From NCBI GenBank assembly GCA_050633305.1, contig JBOEGF010000042.1, positions 32,001-96,000 on the forward strand: a stretch of 64,000 nt of DNA, written 5' to 3'. Shown here in pieces: positions 40,172 through 49,440 of this stretch; within the stretch, counting starts at the first letter, position 1, and each line of letters opens with the position of its first letter. A program made the position numbers and the translations under genes. The notes below the pieces were generated by a model. That model was not told where the DNA came from, made no database searches, and saw only the letters and a program-made list of their open reading frames with translations. The DNA comes from Nannocystales bacterium (GTDB lineage Bacteria; Myxococcota_A; Polyangia; Nannocystales; Nannocystaceae).

Positions 40172-40642
40172 ATGCATCGTCTCTCCACCTTGAGGTTCAC
40201 GCGACTGGGCCGGGTCATCGTGCTCGTTCACGGTAAAGCGCCACCCTCCGGGCCGGACTGGACGAAGTACCTCGAGACGGCGTGGAGCTACGACGCGGTC
40301 GTCCCCGACATCCGCACCCTCGTCCTGACCGACGGTGGAGGCCCCGATACCCTGCAGCGGGGTAGTCTGACCACCCGAGTGCAGCGGTACGGTCCAGGCG
40401 CCTCGGCGGTGGTGAGTGGAACACGGAAGGTGCGCTTGACCGTCACCGCACTGAGCTGGTTCTTCTCGAACATCAAGTTCTTCGGCCCCGACGAACTGAC
40501 GCGTGCCCTCGGCTTCTTGGAGCTCGAGGAGAAGGAGCAGAGCCGGGCGATCGATGCGGCGCTGCACCTGCTGGGCGACGGGTTGGAGTTCGACTGGAAA
40601 CCGCGGCTCCTCGCGACCAAACAGGCCCGCGCGGAAGCCTGA
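40172..40642 (+). CDS. SpoIIAA-like (STAS/SEC14-type) myxobacterial protein
   Basis: VH...PPS..DW..YL, LVLTDGGGP...QR, AVVS...VR..VTALSWF...IKFF.P.....AL.FL. Confidence 0.7.
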   Translation: MHRLSTLRFTRLGRVIVLVHGKAPPSGPDWTKYLETAWSYDAVVPDIRTLVLTDGGGPDTLQRGSLTTRVQRYGPGASAVVSGTRKVRLTVTALSWFFSNIKFFGPDELTRALGFLELEEKEQSRAIDAALHLLGDGLEFDWKPRLLATKQARAEA

Positions 40643-40670
40643 GCTGCGAAACGGCCCCGACCGTTTGGCG

Positions 40671-41012
40671 TCACGCGACCGCGGAGAATTGTCCGTCGCG
40701 GATCTGATCGATCAACCTGCGTACGACCTCGGCCCGCCGTCGACTGCCCGCGCGCCGATGTAGGTATCGACCCTGCTGGAGGGCATCGATGGCTGCGTCA
40801 ATCTTTCCACTACGCTTCAGCTGCACACCCAGTCGCACCCATGCGGCCGGTGAACTGTCGCGGCTGGCCAGCTGGCGCAGGGCCTGTATCGCCTTGCGGT
40901 GCTCACCACGTCGAACGAGCACTTTGCACCGATGTGCGAGCAGGTCGGTCGGCGGGGCGGAATCTCCGCGAGAGCCCCTCCTACGTCGACGTGCTGACAC
41001 CCGGCTTGCCAT
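40671..41012 (-). CDS. Small basic TPR protein
   Basis: RGEHRKAIQALRQ...AAWVRLG..L.R.GK.DAAIDALQQ helical repeats. Confidence 0.65.
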   Translation of the reverse strand: MASRVSARRRRRGSRGDSAPPTDLLAHRCKVLVRRGEHRKAIQALRQLASRDSSPAAWVRLGVQLKRSGKIDAAIDALQQGRYLHRRAGSRRRAEVVRRLIDQIRDGQFSAVA

Positions 41013-41164
41013 GGTGCCCCTTGAAGCAAGCGACGATCCAATGCCTAGGGGGGCGGATGCGCGCCCAGACCCGTCCCAGGACGCTACGCAAGACAGCCTC
41101 CGCCACCTGGGTCACGGCGACCGGCACGACCGACTGTTCGGAGTCTCGAGCACGTCCCACGCGT

Positions 41165-42430
41165 TCACCATCCCTCTAGCACTGCCGGCGCATAGGCCTG
41201 AAGCAACCCGTCCAACTCGAAGCGGTCGTTGCTCGCGAAGACGATCGTCAGATCGCCAGACTCGGGCCGAACCGAGACGAGGGACGTGTAACCAGTCCCC
41301 GCTCCCCCGTGCCCGTACTCGGGCTCGGGCGTGTTCGCGGACGCGTAGAGCTGCAACCCTCTGCCCCAACCCCCCGATGCGTCCGGACTCTCGTCGCTTC
41401 GCGTCATCATCTCCAGCGAGTCAGACGAGATCAGGGTCCCGTCGAAGACCCCCTCGAAGAAGACCCGGAGCTCGGCTGCCGTTGTGATGATTCCGCAGTC
41501 GGCCTGGCAACCCGAGAGCGCGGCCGCGACAGGCATGACGGGAAGCTCCGTGTCGGCGGGGAGGCCAAACGCGGTTGGGTCGAGCCATGCTGAGGGAAGG
41601 TCCTCAGGAAAACTGGGCGGCGCTACGTAGTGGGTCGAGGCCAAGCTGAGGGGCTCCACGATGCGCGCATCCAGTGCGGCCTGGAGCGTCCCTCCGGTGA
41701 CCGATTCAATCACGAGCCCCAGCAGGAGGTAGCCCGTATTCGAGTAGTTGAAGACAGCTCCGGCGGGGCCAGGGTCTTCGAACGCCGCGTAGCCGATGAG
41801 TTCCTCGGTCGTGAAGACCCGGTCGGGATCCAGGAGCGCGTTCTCGAGGTATTCCGGGTTTGCAGCGTAGTCCGGGATTCCGCTGCGATGGGCCAACAGC
41901 GATTCGATCGTCACCTCGAGCCCATACCCGGTGTCCGGGAGGTACACCGTCAACGGGGCCTCGAGGTCCACCACTCCTTCCTCAACGAGTTGGTAGACCA
42001 TTGTCGCCGTATAGACCTTGGAGACGCTGGCGATGTTGAACAAGCTATCCTCGGACAGCAGCTCCCCCTCCGCGTTCTGCGTACCCGCGACGGCGTGGGA
42101 CATGACGCCGTCTCGAACGAGCAAGACGATCACACCGCCGCTGAGCCCCGCCGGAACCGCCGCATCGACGCGCATCTGCAGCGAGTCGTCGCCCGCCGTG
42201 GAACCCCCCGTCGATCCGTTCGAGGATGACGCTTCGACACCTTGCCCGGTGTCCTCCGAACCCGGCATGTCCGCCATCGCGCCGCTCTGCGAGCACGCCG
42301 AGACCCCCAGCAGCACCAACGCCGCGCCCAGCGTCCGGGCTTGCGGCCACCATCGGTCCAAGGTTGATCTCGAAGGTCGAGATACGTCATGGCCGAGCCA
42401 ATCGAATCTTCTGGTGAACACAAAGGGCAA
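41165..42430 (-). CDS. Serine hydrolase (beta-lactamase class C / D-Ala-D-Ala peptidase family) lipoprotein
   Basis: SxxK (SVSK), YSNTGY, HGG triad, LLAHRSGI; lipobox LGVSAC. True start probably downstream of 42430. Confidence 0.9.
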   Translation of the reverse strand: MPFVFTRRFDWLGHDVSRPSRSTLDRWWPQARTLGAALVLLGVSACSQSGAMADMPGSEDTGQGVEASSSNGSTGGSTAGDDSLQMRVDAAVPAGLSGGVIVLLVRDGVMSHAVAGTQNAEGELLSEDSLFNIASVSKVYTATMVYQLVEEGVVDLEAPLTVYLPDTGYGLEVTIESLLAHRSGIPDYAANPEYLENALLDPDRVFTTEELIGYAAFEDPGPAGAVFNYSNTGYLLLGLVIESVTGGTLQAALDARIVEPLSLASTHYVAPPSFPEDLPSAWLDPTAFGLPADTELPVMPVAAALSGCQADCGIITTAAELRVFFEGVFDGTLISSDSLEMMTRSDESPDASGGWGRGLQLYASANTPEPEYGHGGAGTGYTSLVSVRPESGDLTIVFASNDRFELDGLLQAYAPAVLEGW

Positions 42431-42496
42431 GACACCCGGCGACGACTCGACGGCTCACACCGTGAGCCTCTCGAGGCCGAACGTGGCAGCGACGAC

Positions 42497-43390
42497 TCAC
42501 TGCGGAACCACGACCAACCGCCGGGCCAGCGGCGCATATCCACCCTCGGGATGACGCCGCAAGTAGTCTCGAGCTGCCTGCCTGGCGTCCGCGGTTTCCC
42601 CTCGCTGGACGAGGTCCCGAAGAATCCGCCCCCGCGCCTGCTCGACGAACTCGCCCCGCGGAAACTCCCGAACGTAACGTGCAAACCAGCGAGCCGCCGC
42701 ATCGTCATCCGAACCCAATTCCGCTTCAACACGCCCGAGCAAGAACGTCGCTTGGTCCGCAAGCTTGTCCCTGGCGAACCGATCTCGGATCTCGGTCAGC
42801 GCATCCCGAGCCCGCCCCGTGCGCTTGGCAGCGCGTGCAGCCTGGGCGACCGCGAGAAGCTCCTGCGCTGTCGCAAGTCGAAGAAAGGACGACCACGCAG
42901 CCTCGTTCATCCCAGCCAAGGCTGCGGCGACCTTTCCATCGTGAATCTGGGTCCGCCACGAAGGCACCACACGACCTCGTCGCCGGGGCGGTTTCGGCGG
43001 CGCGCGATCGACGAGCGGACTTGGTGCCCCCTCAGGGAGAGCCTCTCCCGGGTCCGGAGGTCGGTCGAGCGGGCGGGGGTCGGGCGTCCCCTGCGAACGA
43101 GTCTCTGCCGAGGACGTGCGCGCGACTCTCTCCTCCGCCGACGGTTCGGCGTAGTTCACCGCCGCCGTAGCCGGGGACGCCCGCGAGGATCGGGACGCCG
43201 ACTCAGGTGTCCAGAACACACCGGCCACCACAGCAGCCAATCCGGCGACGCCTGCGAACGTCCAGCGACGAATCCTCTGCGCGCGGAGCTTCGTCATCAC
43301 TGCCGCATACTGAGCGTCGGCGCGGTCCTCGAACTGCGCGTCCTCAACCTGGGCCAACTCCCGCAGCCACTGTCCGGTCGAGTCGCTCAT
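42497..43390 (-). CDS. Single-TM protein with Pro-rich linker and C-terminal TPR (putative anti-sigma)
   Basis: TM WTFAGVAGLAAVVAGVFW; TPR A.FLLGR, Y.R.FP.G, ARDYLRRHPEG; ATGA-coupled to the sigma gene. Confidence 0.75.
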   Translation of the reverse strand: MSDSTGQWLRELAQVEDAQFEDRADAQYAAVMTKLRAQRIRRWTFAGVAGLAAVVAGVFWTPESASRSSRASPATAAVNYAEPSAEERVARTSSAETRSQGTPDPRPLDRPPDPGEALPEGAPSPLVDRAPPKPPRRRGRVVPSWRTQIHDGKVAAALAGMNEAAWSSFLRLATAQELLAVAQAARAAKRTGRARDALTEIRDRFARDKLADQATFLLGRVEAELGSDDDAAARWFARYVREFPRGEFVEQARGRILRDLVQRGETADARQAARDYLRRHPEGGYAPLARRLVVVPQ

Positions 43391-43992
43391 GAGCCGCTCC
43401 CGCGTCGCCCGAGCTGTTCCCGCAGGTCGGGGTCTTCGGCAAGCAGGTTCTCGAGTTCCGCCTCCGCTCGCTGAACGCGTCGTTTGACCGTCGCACGCGA
43501 GCACTTGCACAGCGCCGCGACTTCATCGATCGAGCGCCCCTGCACCCTGCGCAGGATCAATGCGATGCGATTGGCGGGGGCGATACGCCCGAGCACGCGA
43601 TACCCCCGTTGCACGAGGTCGCGCGCCACCAAGACCGGCTCCGTTCGCACCACCTCGTCGGGCGGAGCCGGATGCAGCTCTACGATTCGGCGGACCCGTC
43701 GGCGACGGAGGTGATTCCGCACCACGTTGACCGCGACACTATGAACCCACGCGCGCTCACGCTCAGGATCGCGCAACGAGCTCGCCCGCGAGAGGACCCG
43801 AACGAACACATCCTGAACGATGTCGTCGTGCTCAGCATCGGGACCCAGCAGTTGGTACACGAGTTGGTTGACGCCGCGCTGGTGCCGCACGAACAACGCG
43901 TGGCCGGTCGTGGGTGCTGATGTATCGTTCGAAGACTCGGCCACTGCCAACCCACGGGCGATCCCGGACAGAACTGCGCCGTCCATACTCAT
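43387..43992 (-). CDS. ECF RNA polymerase sigma factor
   Basis: DDIVQDVFV, W...VAVNVVRN.LRRR, region 4 SIDEVA.LC.CS.ATVKRRV.RA. Confidence 0.92.
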   Translation of the reverse strand: MSMDGAVLSGIARGLAVAESSNDTSAPTTGHALFVRHQRGVNQLVYQLLGPDAEHDDIVQDVFVRVLSRASSLRDPERERAWVHSVAVNVVRNHLRRRRVRRIVELHPAPPDEVVRTEPVLVARDLVQRGYRVLGRIAPANRIALILRRVQGRSIDEVAALCKCSRATVKRRVQRAEAELENLLAEDPDLREQLGRRGSGS

Positions 43993-44136
43993 CGATGTTC
44001 GGAGCGATGGGGGGACGAGGGGGGCACGGCCGTCGCAAGTCGGGGCACGGTATCAAAGACACCCGAGCGGTCGAGAACAGCTCACCCGCGACAGAAGTGA
44101 GCCACGAGCACCCGGCCGCGCATCTACAGCCAGTAC

Positions 44137-45306
44137 ATGAGTTCCTTCGTCAACCTCGAGAGCCGTCCCCGCTTCGGCCGAGCGCTCGCTGCGGGGTCGA
44201 GACTTGGAATTCGGACCGCGGTGTGCGCCTTGTGTTGGGTGTCCAGCTCCGCGCTCGCTCACCCCCCTGAAGCCAAGGACACGGCCGCCGAGACAAGAAC
44301 ACGGGAAGCCATCCGGGTCCACACCATGCGGCAAGGAGCTTGGCAGGATGCCGTCACCTCCATCGAGTTCGAGCTCGAGCAAGCCGGGTATGCAGTCTCT
44401 CGCAGCGCCGAGACACCCGCCTCCACGACGCTCACCGTCCAGTACGAAGGAGATCAGGGTTGGGTACTTCACCTCGAAGACTCGGTTCGCGGTCTTCGCC
44501 TCGAGGCACGCGGAAGTCGGGGCGCATCGGCACAAGTCGTGGGCCTGCACGCGGTCGAGATGATTCACGCGTCTCGGCTCGATCTCCCGAAGCCTGCTCG
44601 TCGCGCGCCCGACCCCGCCCCGGTCGTTCGGCTCGAGCCACGCCAGCCCCCACCCTCCGCCGACCCCCTCGAGCCGGCACCCCCTCCTCCCGATTCCACG
44701 AACTGGGCGCTGGAGATTGGTGTCAGCTCGTCCAACGTGGGACTGCTCGGACCTCGTCTTGGGGTCGTACATCGATGGACCCGCGCCGAGCTTGGATTTG
44801 CGGCGGGCGCGGGCTTCTTCTCCAACAAGCAACAGGTCGGCGCTCCGGCGGGGCTGGGAACCCTCCACCGCCCCACCGACCTCGGGCCCGCGTGGACCTC
44901 CCATCGCACAATCGCCGTTCTGCGCTCCGGGCTCGCGGCGGCGTACGTCTTTCGACCCGGCCGAGAGCTCCGCCCTTCACTCGGGGTGTCCAGTGAGGTC
45001 GTTGTTCCGTTGGTCGACACAGGCTTCTTCCAACAAGAGCCCTTCCAGAGTCTGACTCAACTCGACTACGGCGTCGCGTGGGTGCCCGCCCTCGAGGTTG
45101 GGGCACGGCTCGCGCTCAGCCCCAAACTCGCGCTCCGCGGAGCGATTCGCGTTGGCCCGGCGCTACCCTTCAAGGACATCTCGATCGTCAAGTCCTCGCA
45201 GGCGATCACATTCCCTCGTGGGGTCGCCACAGCGAACCTCAGTCTGCTGTTCGGTCGGAGTGCGGACGCAAAACCGCGGACTCGTCGGTCAACCCCGACA
45301 CGATGA
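44137..45306 (+). CDS. Secreted protein with Pro-rich linker and C-terminal beta-barrel-like region
   Basis: Signal peptide, Pro-rich linker, alternating amphipathic strands; divergent from the ECF operon. Confidence 0.6.
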   Translation: MSSFVNLESRPRFGRALAAGSRLGIRTAVCALCWVSSSALAHPPEAKDTAAETRTREAIRVHTMRQGAWQDAVTSIEFELEQAGYAVSRSAETPASTTLTVQYEGDQGWVLHLEDSVRGLRLEARGSRGASAQVVGLHAVEMIHASRLDLPKPARRAPDPAPVVRLEPRQPPPSADPLEPAPPPPDSTNWALEIGVSSSNVGLLGPRLGVVHRWTRAELGFAAGAGFFSNKQQVGAPAGLGTLHRPTDLGPAWTSHRTIAVLRSGLAAAYVFRPGRELRPSLGVSSEVVVPLVDTGFFQQEPFQSLTQLDYGVAWVPALEVGARLALSPKLALRGAIRVGPALPFKDISIVKSSQAITFPRGVATANLSLLFGRSADAKPRTRRSTPTR

Positions 45307-45434
45307 GGGGCCAGAGATGGGCCGCGTTCCCAGCCGCTCCTGGCCGGCTCATGGACCCTGTCCGTCGACCACCCGGCGGTGTCCCGCGTCGGTCGCACCA
45401 CTGCTGTCCGGGGGATCTCCCGTCCAACCTGAAT

Positions 45435-45484
45435 TTTTACCCGGTATTTATTGACTTTTAATACCCGGGTATTATTAACCGGGC
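45435..45484 (+). promoter_or_regulatory. AT-rich promoter/operator: TTGACT (-35), TATTAA (-10), palindrome TAATACCCGGGTATTA
   Basis: TTGACT 45451-45456, perfect palindrome 45459-45474, TATTAA 45473-45478, imperfect copy TTTTACCCGGTATTTA 45435-45450; no SD before ATG 45485. Confidence 0.75.
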
Positions 45485-46078
45485 ATGAGTTCGACCTACG
45501 TCGCATTCGTGGGCACGCGCCGGTTCTCCCGCGGCCCGCTCGAGGAGGTGGTTCCGGCTGCCAAGCGCCGGTTTGAGCTGGGCGTCGAGGACCGAATCGT
45601 CGTCTTCGACGAGCAAACAGGGTGCCCTGTCGACCTCAACTTCGACCACGACGACGAGCAACTGCTCGCCAGCGTGAAAGCCAGGCTCGAACCGGCCTCC
45701 CCCACGCCTCCGCCCAAGACCCCACGTGGGCGCGGCCGCCCCAAACTCGGCGTGGTCTCGCGCGAGGTCTCCTTGCTTCCACGGCACTGGGAATGGCTGG
45801 CGAAGCAGCGCGGGGGAGCATCCGCGTCGTTGCGCCGTCTGGTCGAGGTCGCCCGCAAGGAAGGACGACAGGAGGAGCACGTGAGTCGTGCAATCGAGCG
45901 CGCCCATCGTTTCCTGTGGGACATGGCCGGAGACCTCCCCGGGTTCGAGGACGCCACCCGAGCACTGTTCGCGCGAGAATTCGAAACGTTCGACCGCCGC
46001 ATCTCGCGGTGGCCGATCGGCGTCCGAGAGTTGCTCGAACGCATGCTCGCCGACGCCCGTCCACCGGGCGACACCTAA
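45485..46078 (+). CDS. DUF2239 family protein
   Basis: AF.G.R....G.L, FD..TG..VD, RGRGRPKLGVVSREVSLLPRHWEWL..Q.GGAS..LRRLV, MAGDLPGFE.A.RALFA. Confidence 0.92.
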   Translation: MSSTYVAFVGTRRFSRGPLEEVVPAAKRRFELGVEDRIVVFDEQTGCPVDLNFDHDDEQLLASVKARLEPASPTPPPKTPRGRGRPKLGVVSREVSLLPRHWEWLAKQRGGASASLRRLVEVARKEGRQEEHVSRAIERAHRFLWDMAGDLPGFEDATRALFAREFETFDRRISRWPIGVRELLERMLADARPPGDT

Positions 46079-46217
46079 CCAGCCCTGCAACACCGACTCG
46101 ATGTCTCTTCGGGTCGGCAACAACGTCACCACCGACCCTGCGCGCTCTCGCGTACGGATGGCTGCGCCGTTTCGGCGCTCCCCCGTGGCGCCGAGTTGGC
46201 TTCGCGGATCCTTGATC

Positions 46218-47627
46218 ATGAACATGCAAGTTCCCCCTCCCCCATCGCGTTTGTTTCAAAACCTATCCCGTGAACACGGCTTCGAAGCGGTACCCGTCCA
46301 GGGACAGCTCCCCGATCGCCTACGCGGGACGCTGTACAGAAACGGCGCGGGCCTGTTCGAACAGTTTGGGCATCGCTACGCCCACGTCTTCGAAGCCGAC
46401 GGAGCCGTCTCTGCGCTCCGCATTGCGGACGGACAAGCGCATGCCGCAGTGCGTGTCGTCCAGAGCCAGGGGTTGCTCGATGAACGCGAGCGTGGACAGC
46501 GGCTGTCGGGTTCCGCGGCGTCGTGGCCACAACGGGTGCGAAGCCTCCATCGCGGGCGCAACAAGAACACCGCCAACACCCATGTCGTGCCGTGGCAAGG
46601 AGAACTCTACGCGCTGATGGAAGGAGGCCGTCCAACGCGCATCGACCCCGACACCCTCGAGACTCTCGGCGAAAGCGACCTCGCAGGAACCGTAGAAGGG
46701 GCATTCTCGGCTCATCCTCACCGCGTGGAGGCGCGGAAGACCACCTACAACTTCGGCCTGGTCTTCGGCGCCAAGCCCCGGCTCGACCTCTTCGCATTGC
46801 CCGATGAGGGGCCCGCTCGCGTGCTGGGAAGCGTGGAGCTGGACCACGCGGTGATGCTGCACGACTTCATCGCGACCCCCCGCCACTTGGTGTTCTTCGT
46901 CGCCCCGATCCGCATCGTGGTGTGGCGAATGCTTCTGGGGTTGGGGAACATCACCGACAACCTTCGTTGGCAGCCTGAAGCGGGAACCGAGGTGATTGTG
47001 GTGCCCATCGACGACCCCGACAATCCAATCCGGTTCCAGGTCGAAGCGTTTGCGTGTTTCCACTTCGCTGGGGCGTTCGACACCAGCGACGGAATCACCG
47101 TCGACTACATCCGCTACCCCGACAGCGGCATGTTGGATGCCCTGGGGGACGGTACGCGACTGACCTGGGATGATCGAAGCACGCACGCCCACGGGTCACT
47201 GCATCGCGCGCGCATCGACGTGCGAGCCAAAGCATTCCAATCGGAAGCGCTGTGGGACGGCCAATGCGAGTACCCCCGGTTGGCTCCCCACGAAGAAGGT
47301 GCCCAGCACGGGCGGGTTTGGATGCAGTCCTCGCGCTACGTCGACAACGTCTTGCGGTTTGCCGTGAGCCGCGTCGACATGGACAACGGCCATGCGCAGC
47401 TCTCCCACGCCCTCTTGGACCCGGGCCAACTCAGCTCCGAGACCGTCTTCGCGCAGGACCCCGGCGGGGCTCCCGGTGCAGGCTGGCTACTCACCCTCGT
47501 CTACGACAGCTTCGATCAGCGCAGCCACGTGTTGATCCACGACGCACAGACCCTCGAACGGCAAGCAAGGGTTCAGCTGAAGCAAGCCATCCCGCTGACG
47601 TTTCACGGCAGCTGGGTACCGGCGTGA
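46218..47627 (+). CDS. Carotenoid oxygenase (RPE65/CCD) family dioxygenase
   Basis: G.LP..L.GTLYRNG, four His ligands FSAHP, MLHDF, CFHF, TFHG.W. Start uncertain. Confidence 0.92.
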   Translation: MNMQVPPPPSRLFQNLSREHGFEAVPVQGQLPDRLRGTLYRNGAGLFEQFGHRYAHVFEADGAVSALRIADGQAHAAVRVVQSQGLLDERERGQRLSGSAASWPQRVRSLHRGRNKNTANTHVVPWQGELYALMEGGRPTRIDPDTLETLGESDLAGTVEGAFSAHPHRVEARKTTYNFGLVFGAKPRLDLFALPDEGPARVLGSVELDHAVMLHDFIATPRHLVFFVAPIRIVVWRMLLGLGNITDNLRWQPEAGTEVIVVPIDDPDNPIRFQVEAFACFHFAGAFDTSDGITVDYIRYPDSGMLDALGDGTRLTWDDRSTHAHGSLHRARIDVRAKAFQSEALWDGQCEYPRLAPHEEGAQHGRVWMQSSRYVDNVLRFAVSRVDMDNGHAQLSHALLDPGQLSSETVFAQDPGGAPGAGWLLTLVYDSFDQRSHVLIHDAQTLERQARVQLKQAIPLTFHGSWVPA

Positions 47628-47631
47628 ACGT

Positions 47632-47810
47632 CCGAAGCCGCCAGGCATCCCCCGCATCCCCCGAGCCCCGGGTCGGAACACGCAGGCGCATGTTCGCTCC
47701 GTCCGTTCATCCTCGCGCTTCGCCTGCGCGAGGAGTCGGCCGCCTTCGGGACAGGTCGACGGCGACGGCGTCCGGGTGCCACGAAGACTCGACGGATCGG
47801 GGTTGAGTCG
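47632..47810 (+). repeat. Direct repeat copy 1 (179 bp; includes a 9-bp GCATCCCCC duplication)
   Basis: Aligns to 49440-49609 with 7 substitutions plus the 9-bp insertion; begins 5 bp after the oxygenase stop. Confidence 0.92.
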
Positions 47811-47957
47811 TCGCGTCGCTGACCGAAGAGGGCTCGGGCCCGCTTCACCAAGGCTGACCGCCCCGCGCGGACCGGGGTCCGTGCAGGCCCTTGATCCGAC
47901 CGCTGGACGAGCTTGACCCGTCAGAAGAGGGGAGCGCGCGAGGTACTTTGCCTCGCG

Positions 47958-48569
47958 ATGCCAGACCGGATTCTTCGGAGGGCCGCAGCTGGGTTCTGCG
48001 CCGCCGTCTGCCTGTCCGCATGCGGGCTGGGTGGGGCTCCGGAGCCGGCGGTGGACGAACCGGCGCGGCCGGGCGTGCTCCTTGCGCCTGAGTTCTCGCG
48101 GACGTCCACTGTGGGTCGGGCGGCTCGTTGGTTCGGAGGCGAATCAGGCTCCGAGCAAGGGGTCAATGATGCGGCAGACCGGCTCCTGGCGACGGAAGCG
48201 GCGCCGCGTCTCTTAGAGTTCGCAGACGGGATCCTGGCTGACTACCTCGGCATTGCGGCGACACTGCCGAGGGCTCCTCACAATCCTGAGCGGCTGGTGT
48301 CCGAGCCGATCCCCGGCGAGTTCCTGTCGCTCGGCGGAGGATTCAGCAAGCCCGAACTCCTGCTGAGGACCGAGGGAGAGGGGCCGCCGGCGGTCATTCT
48401 CAGCTGGGGACACATGCGTCACGGGATCATCGTTTACGCGGCGCCGCCTCGGGGCAGGCAGAACGGCCGTCACGTGCGCAAAGTCGGCAGTCGCATTTTT
48501 GTGGTCGCTCTGGAGCACGAACGGCGGCAGCCGCCAACCCGAACGCGGGCGGTCTTGGCTGCTCCCTAG
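47958..48569 (+). CDS. Hypothetical lipoprotein
   Basis: VCLSAC lipobox; globular domain with SWGHMRHG; C-terminal tail may be read-through. Confidence 0.55.
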   Translation: MPDRILRRAAAGFCAAVCLSACGLGGAPEPAVDEPARPGVLLAPEFSRTSTVGRAARWFGGESGSEQGVNDAADRLLATEAAPRLLEFADGILADYLGIAATLPRAPHNPERLVSEPIPGEFLSLGGGFSKPELLLRTEGEGPPAVILSWGHMRHGIIVYAAPPRGRQNGRHVRKVGSRIFVVALEHERRQPPTRTRAVLAAP

Positions 48570-48723
48570 TTAAGCGCCGGTGTTCGAAACTCGCTCGGGG
48601 GAGAAGAGCCGGGCGAGTTCAAACCGTGTTGCCCTTTTCCGAGGCGGTTCCAACCCGACATACCGCGGTAGGCTGGTGGTGCGCGGCGGTATCGGTCCAG
48701 TCCCGGCAGGCCTGTCCCGGCTG

Positions 48724-48897
48724 GTGGGTTGTGGCGTCGATGCGGCCCTCGCTCGGTTTGAGGATTATGACAGCGGGTGCACGTCGTTTGGTGTTGATGT
48801 AGACGGGGTCCGGCACTTCGTGAAGTCTGCAACGACACCCCGCGCGTGAGAGGGTCTACTGAGCGCCTTGCGCTTCCATGAATCGGTGGCTCACCGT
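48724..48897 (+). pseudogene. N-terminal remnant of a protein-kinase-like gene
   Basis: ARFEDYDSGCTSFGVDVDGVRHFVKSATTPRA*EGLLSALRFHESVAH: kinase N-lobe-like (beta3 FVK) with in-frame TGA 48847-48849, then truncated. Confidence 0.55.
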
Positions 48898-48899
48898 CG

Positions 48900-49130
48900 T
48901 CCCCGCGCGCTCCCGCATAGGCCATCGCAAGGACGGTTGCAATGCTCGCGGGCGAGTAGACGACGTTGCGCCCTGTTGTTCGGACCGTGTCGTGGAGCCC
49001 CGACGTCACGCGCTTCGAGGTGCGCGAGAGCTGCACTGCAGTCCCGCGGGACACCGGATCCGGCTGGCCCCGACATCCTGCCGCGAGCATTGCGGCAACG
49101 GTGACGAAAAGGCACGGACCGCTGCGCCAT
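48900..49130 (-). pseudogene. N-terminal remnant of a serpin lipoprotein
   Basis: LAAGC lipobox then GRNVVYSPASIATVLAMAYAGARG (serpin s6B/hB motif), truncated immediately after. Confidence 0.7.
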
Positions 49131-49260
49131 GGATGTCCTCTATCGTGCTCGGAGCGTTCGTGGGAGGCCGACGGGGTTGGGGGTGGGGGAGTCACGCCCG
49201 GCGTTGGTGCACGCGTCGTGCCACGTGGGTGCTATATCCGGCGCCACGCTTCGGCGTCCG

Positions 49261-49440
49261 ATGTTCATCTTGCCGCTCCTGGTTGGCGTGGCGTGTGCGG
49301 AGAGGACCCCGCCCCAGGTCGGCCTGCGGCGGGCCTGAACAGCAACTCCTCGTTCGGCATCGGCCGACAAGACGGCCGACGTCTGCATGCTCAAGAATGC
49401 GGCGACGCAGTGCTTCGAGTCTTGCGCCAAGGAGGCCGCC
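49261..49440 (+). pseudogene. Possible lipoprotein remnant running into repeat copy 2
   Basis: MFILPLLVGVAC signal, in-frame TGA 49336-49338, then ADKTADVCMLKNAATQCFESCAKE. Confidence 0.35.

Noticed and set aside
48510..48630. GTTAAGC (GTTRRRY) and flanking hairpins suggesting an integron attC site
   Set aside because: No matching RYYYAAC at a suitable distance, no repeated attC-like sites and no integrase in the window.
48847..49338. In-frame TGA codons (48847, 49336) as selenocysteine or programmed read-through
   Set aside because: Not at Cys-equivalent catalytic positions, and both frames are truncated anyway; pseudogenisation is simpler.
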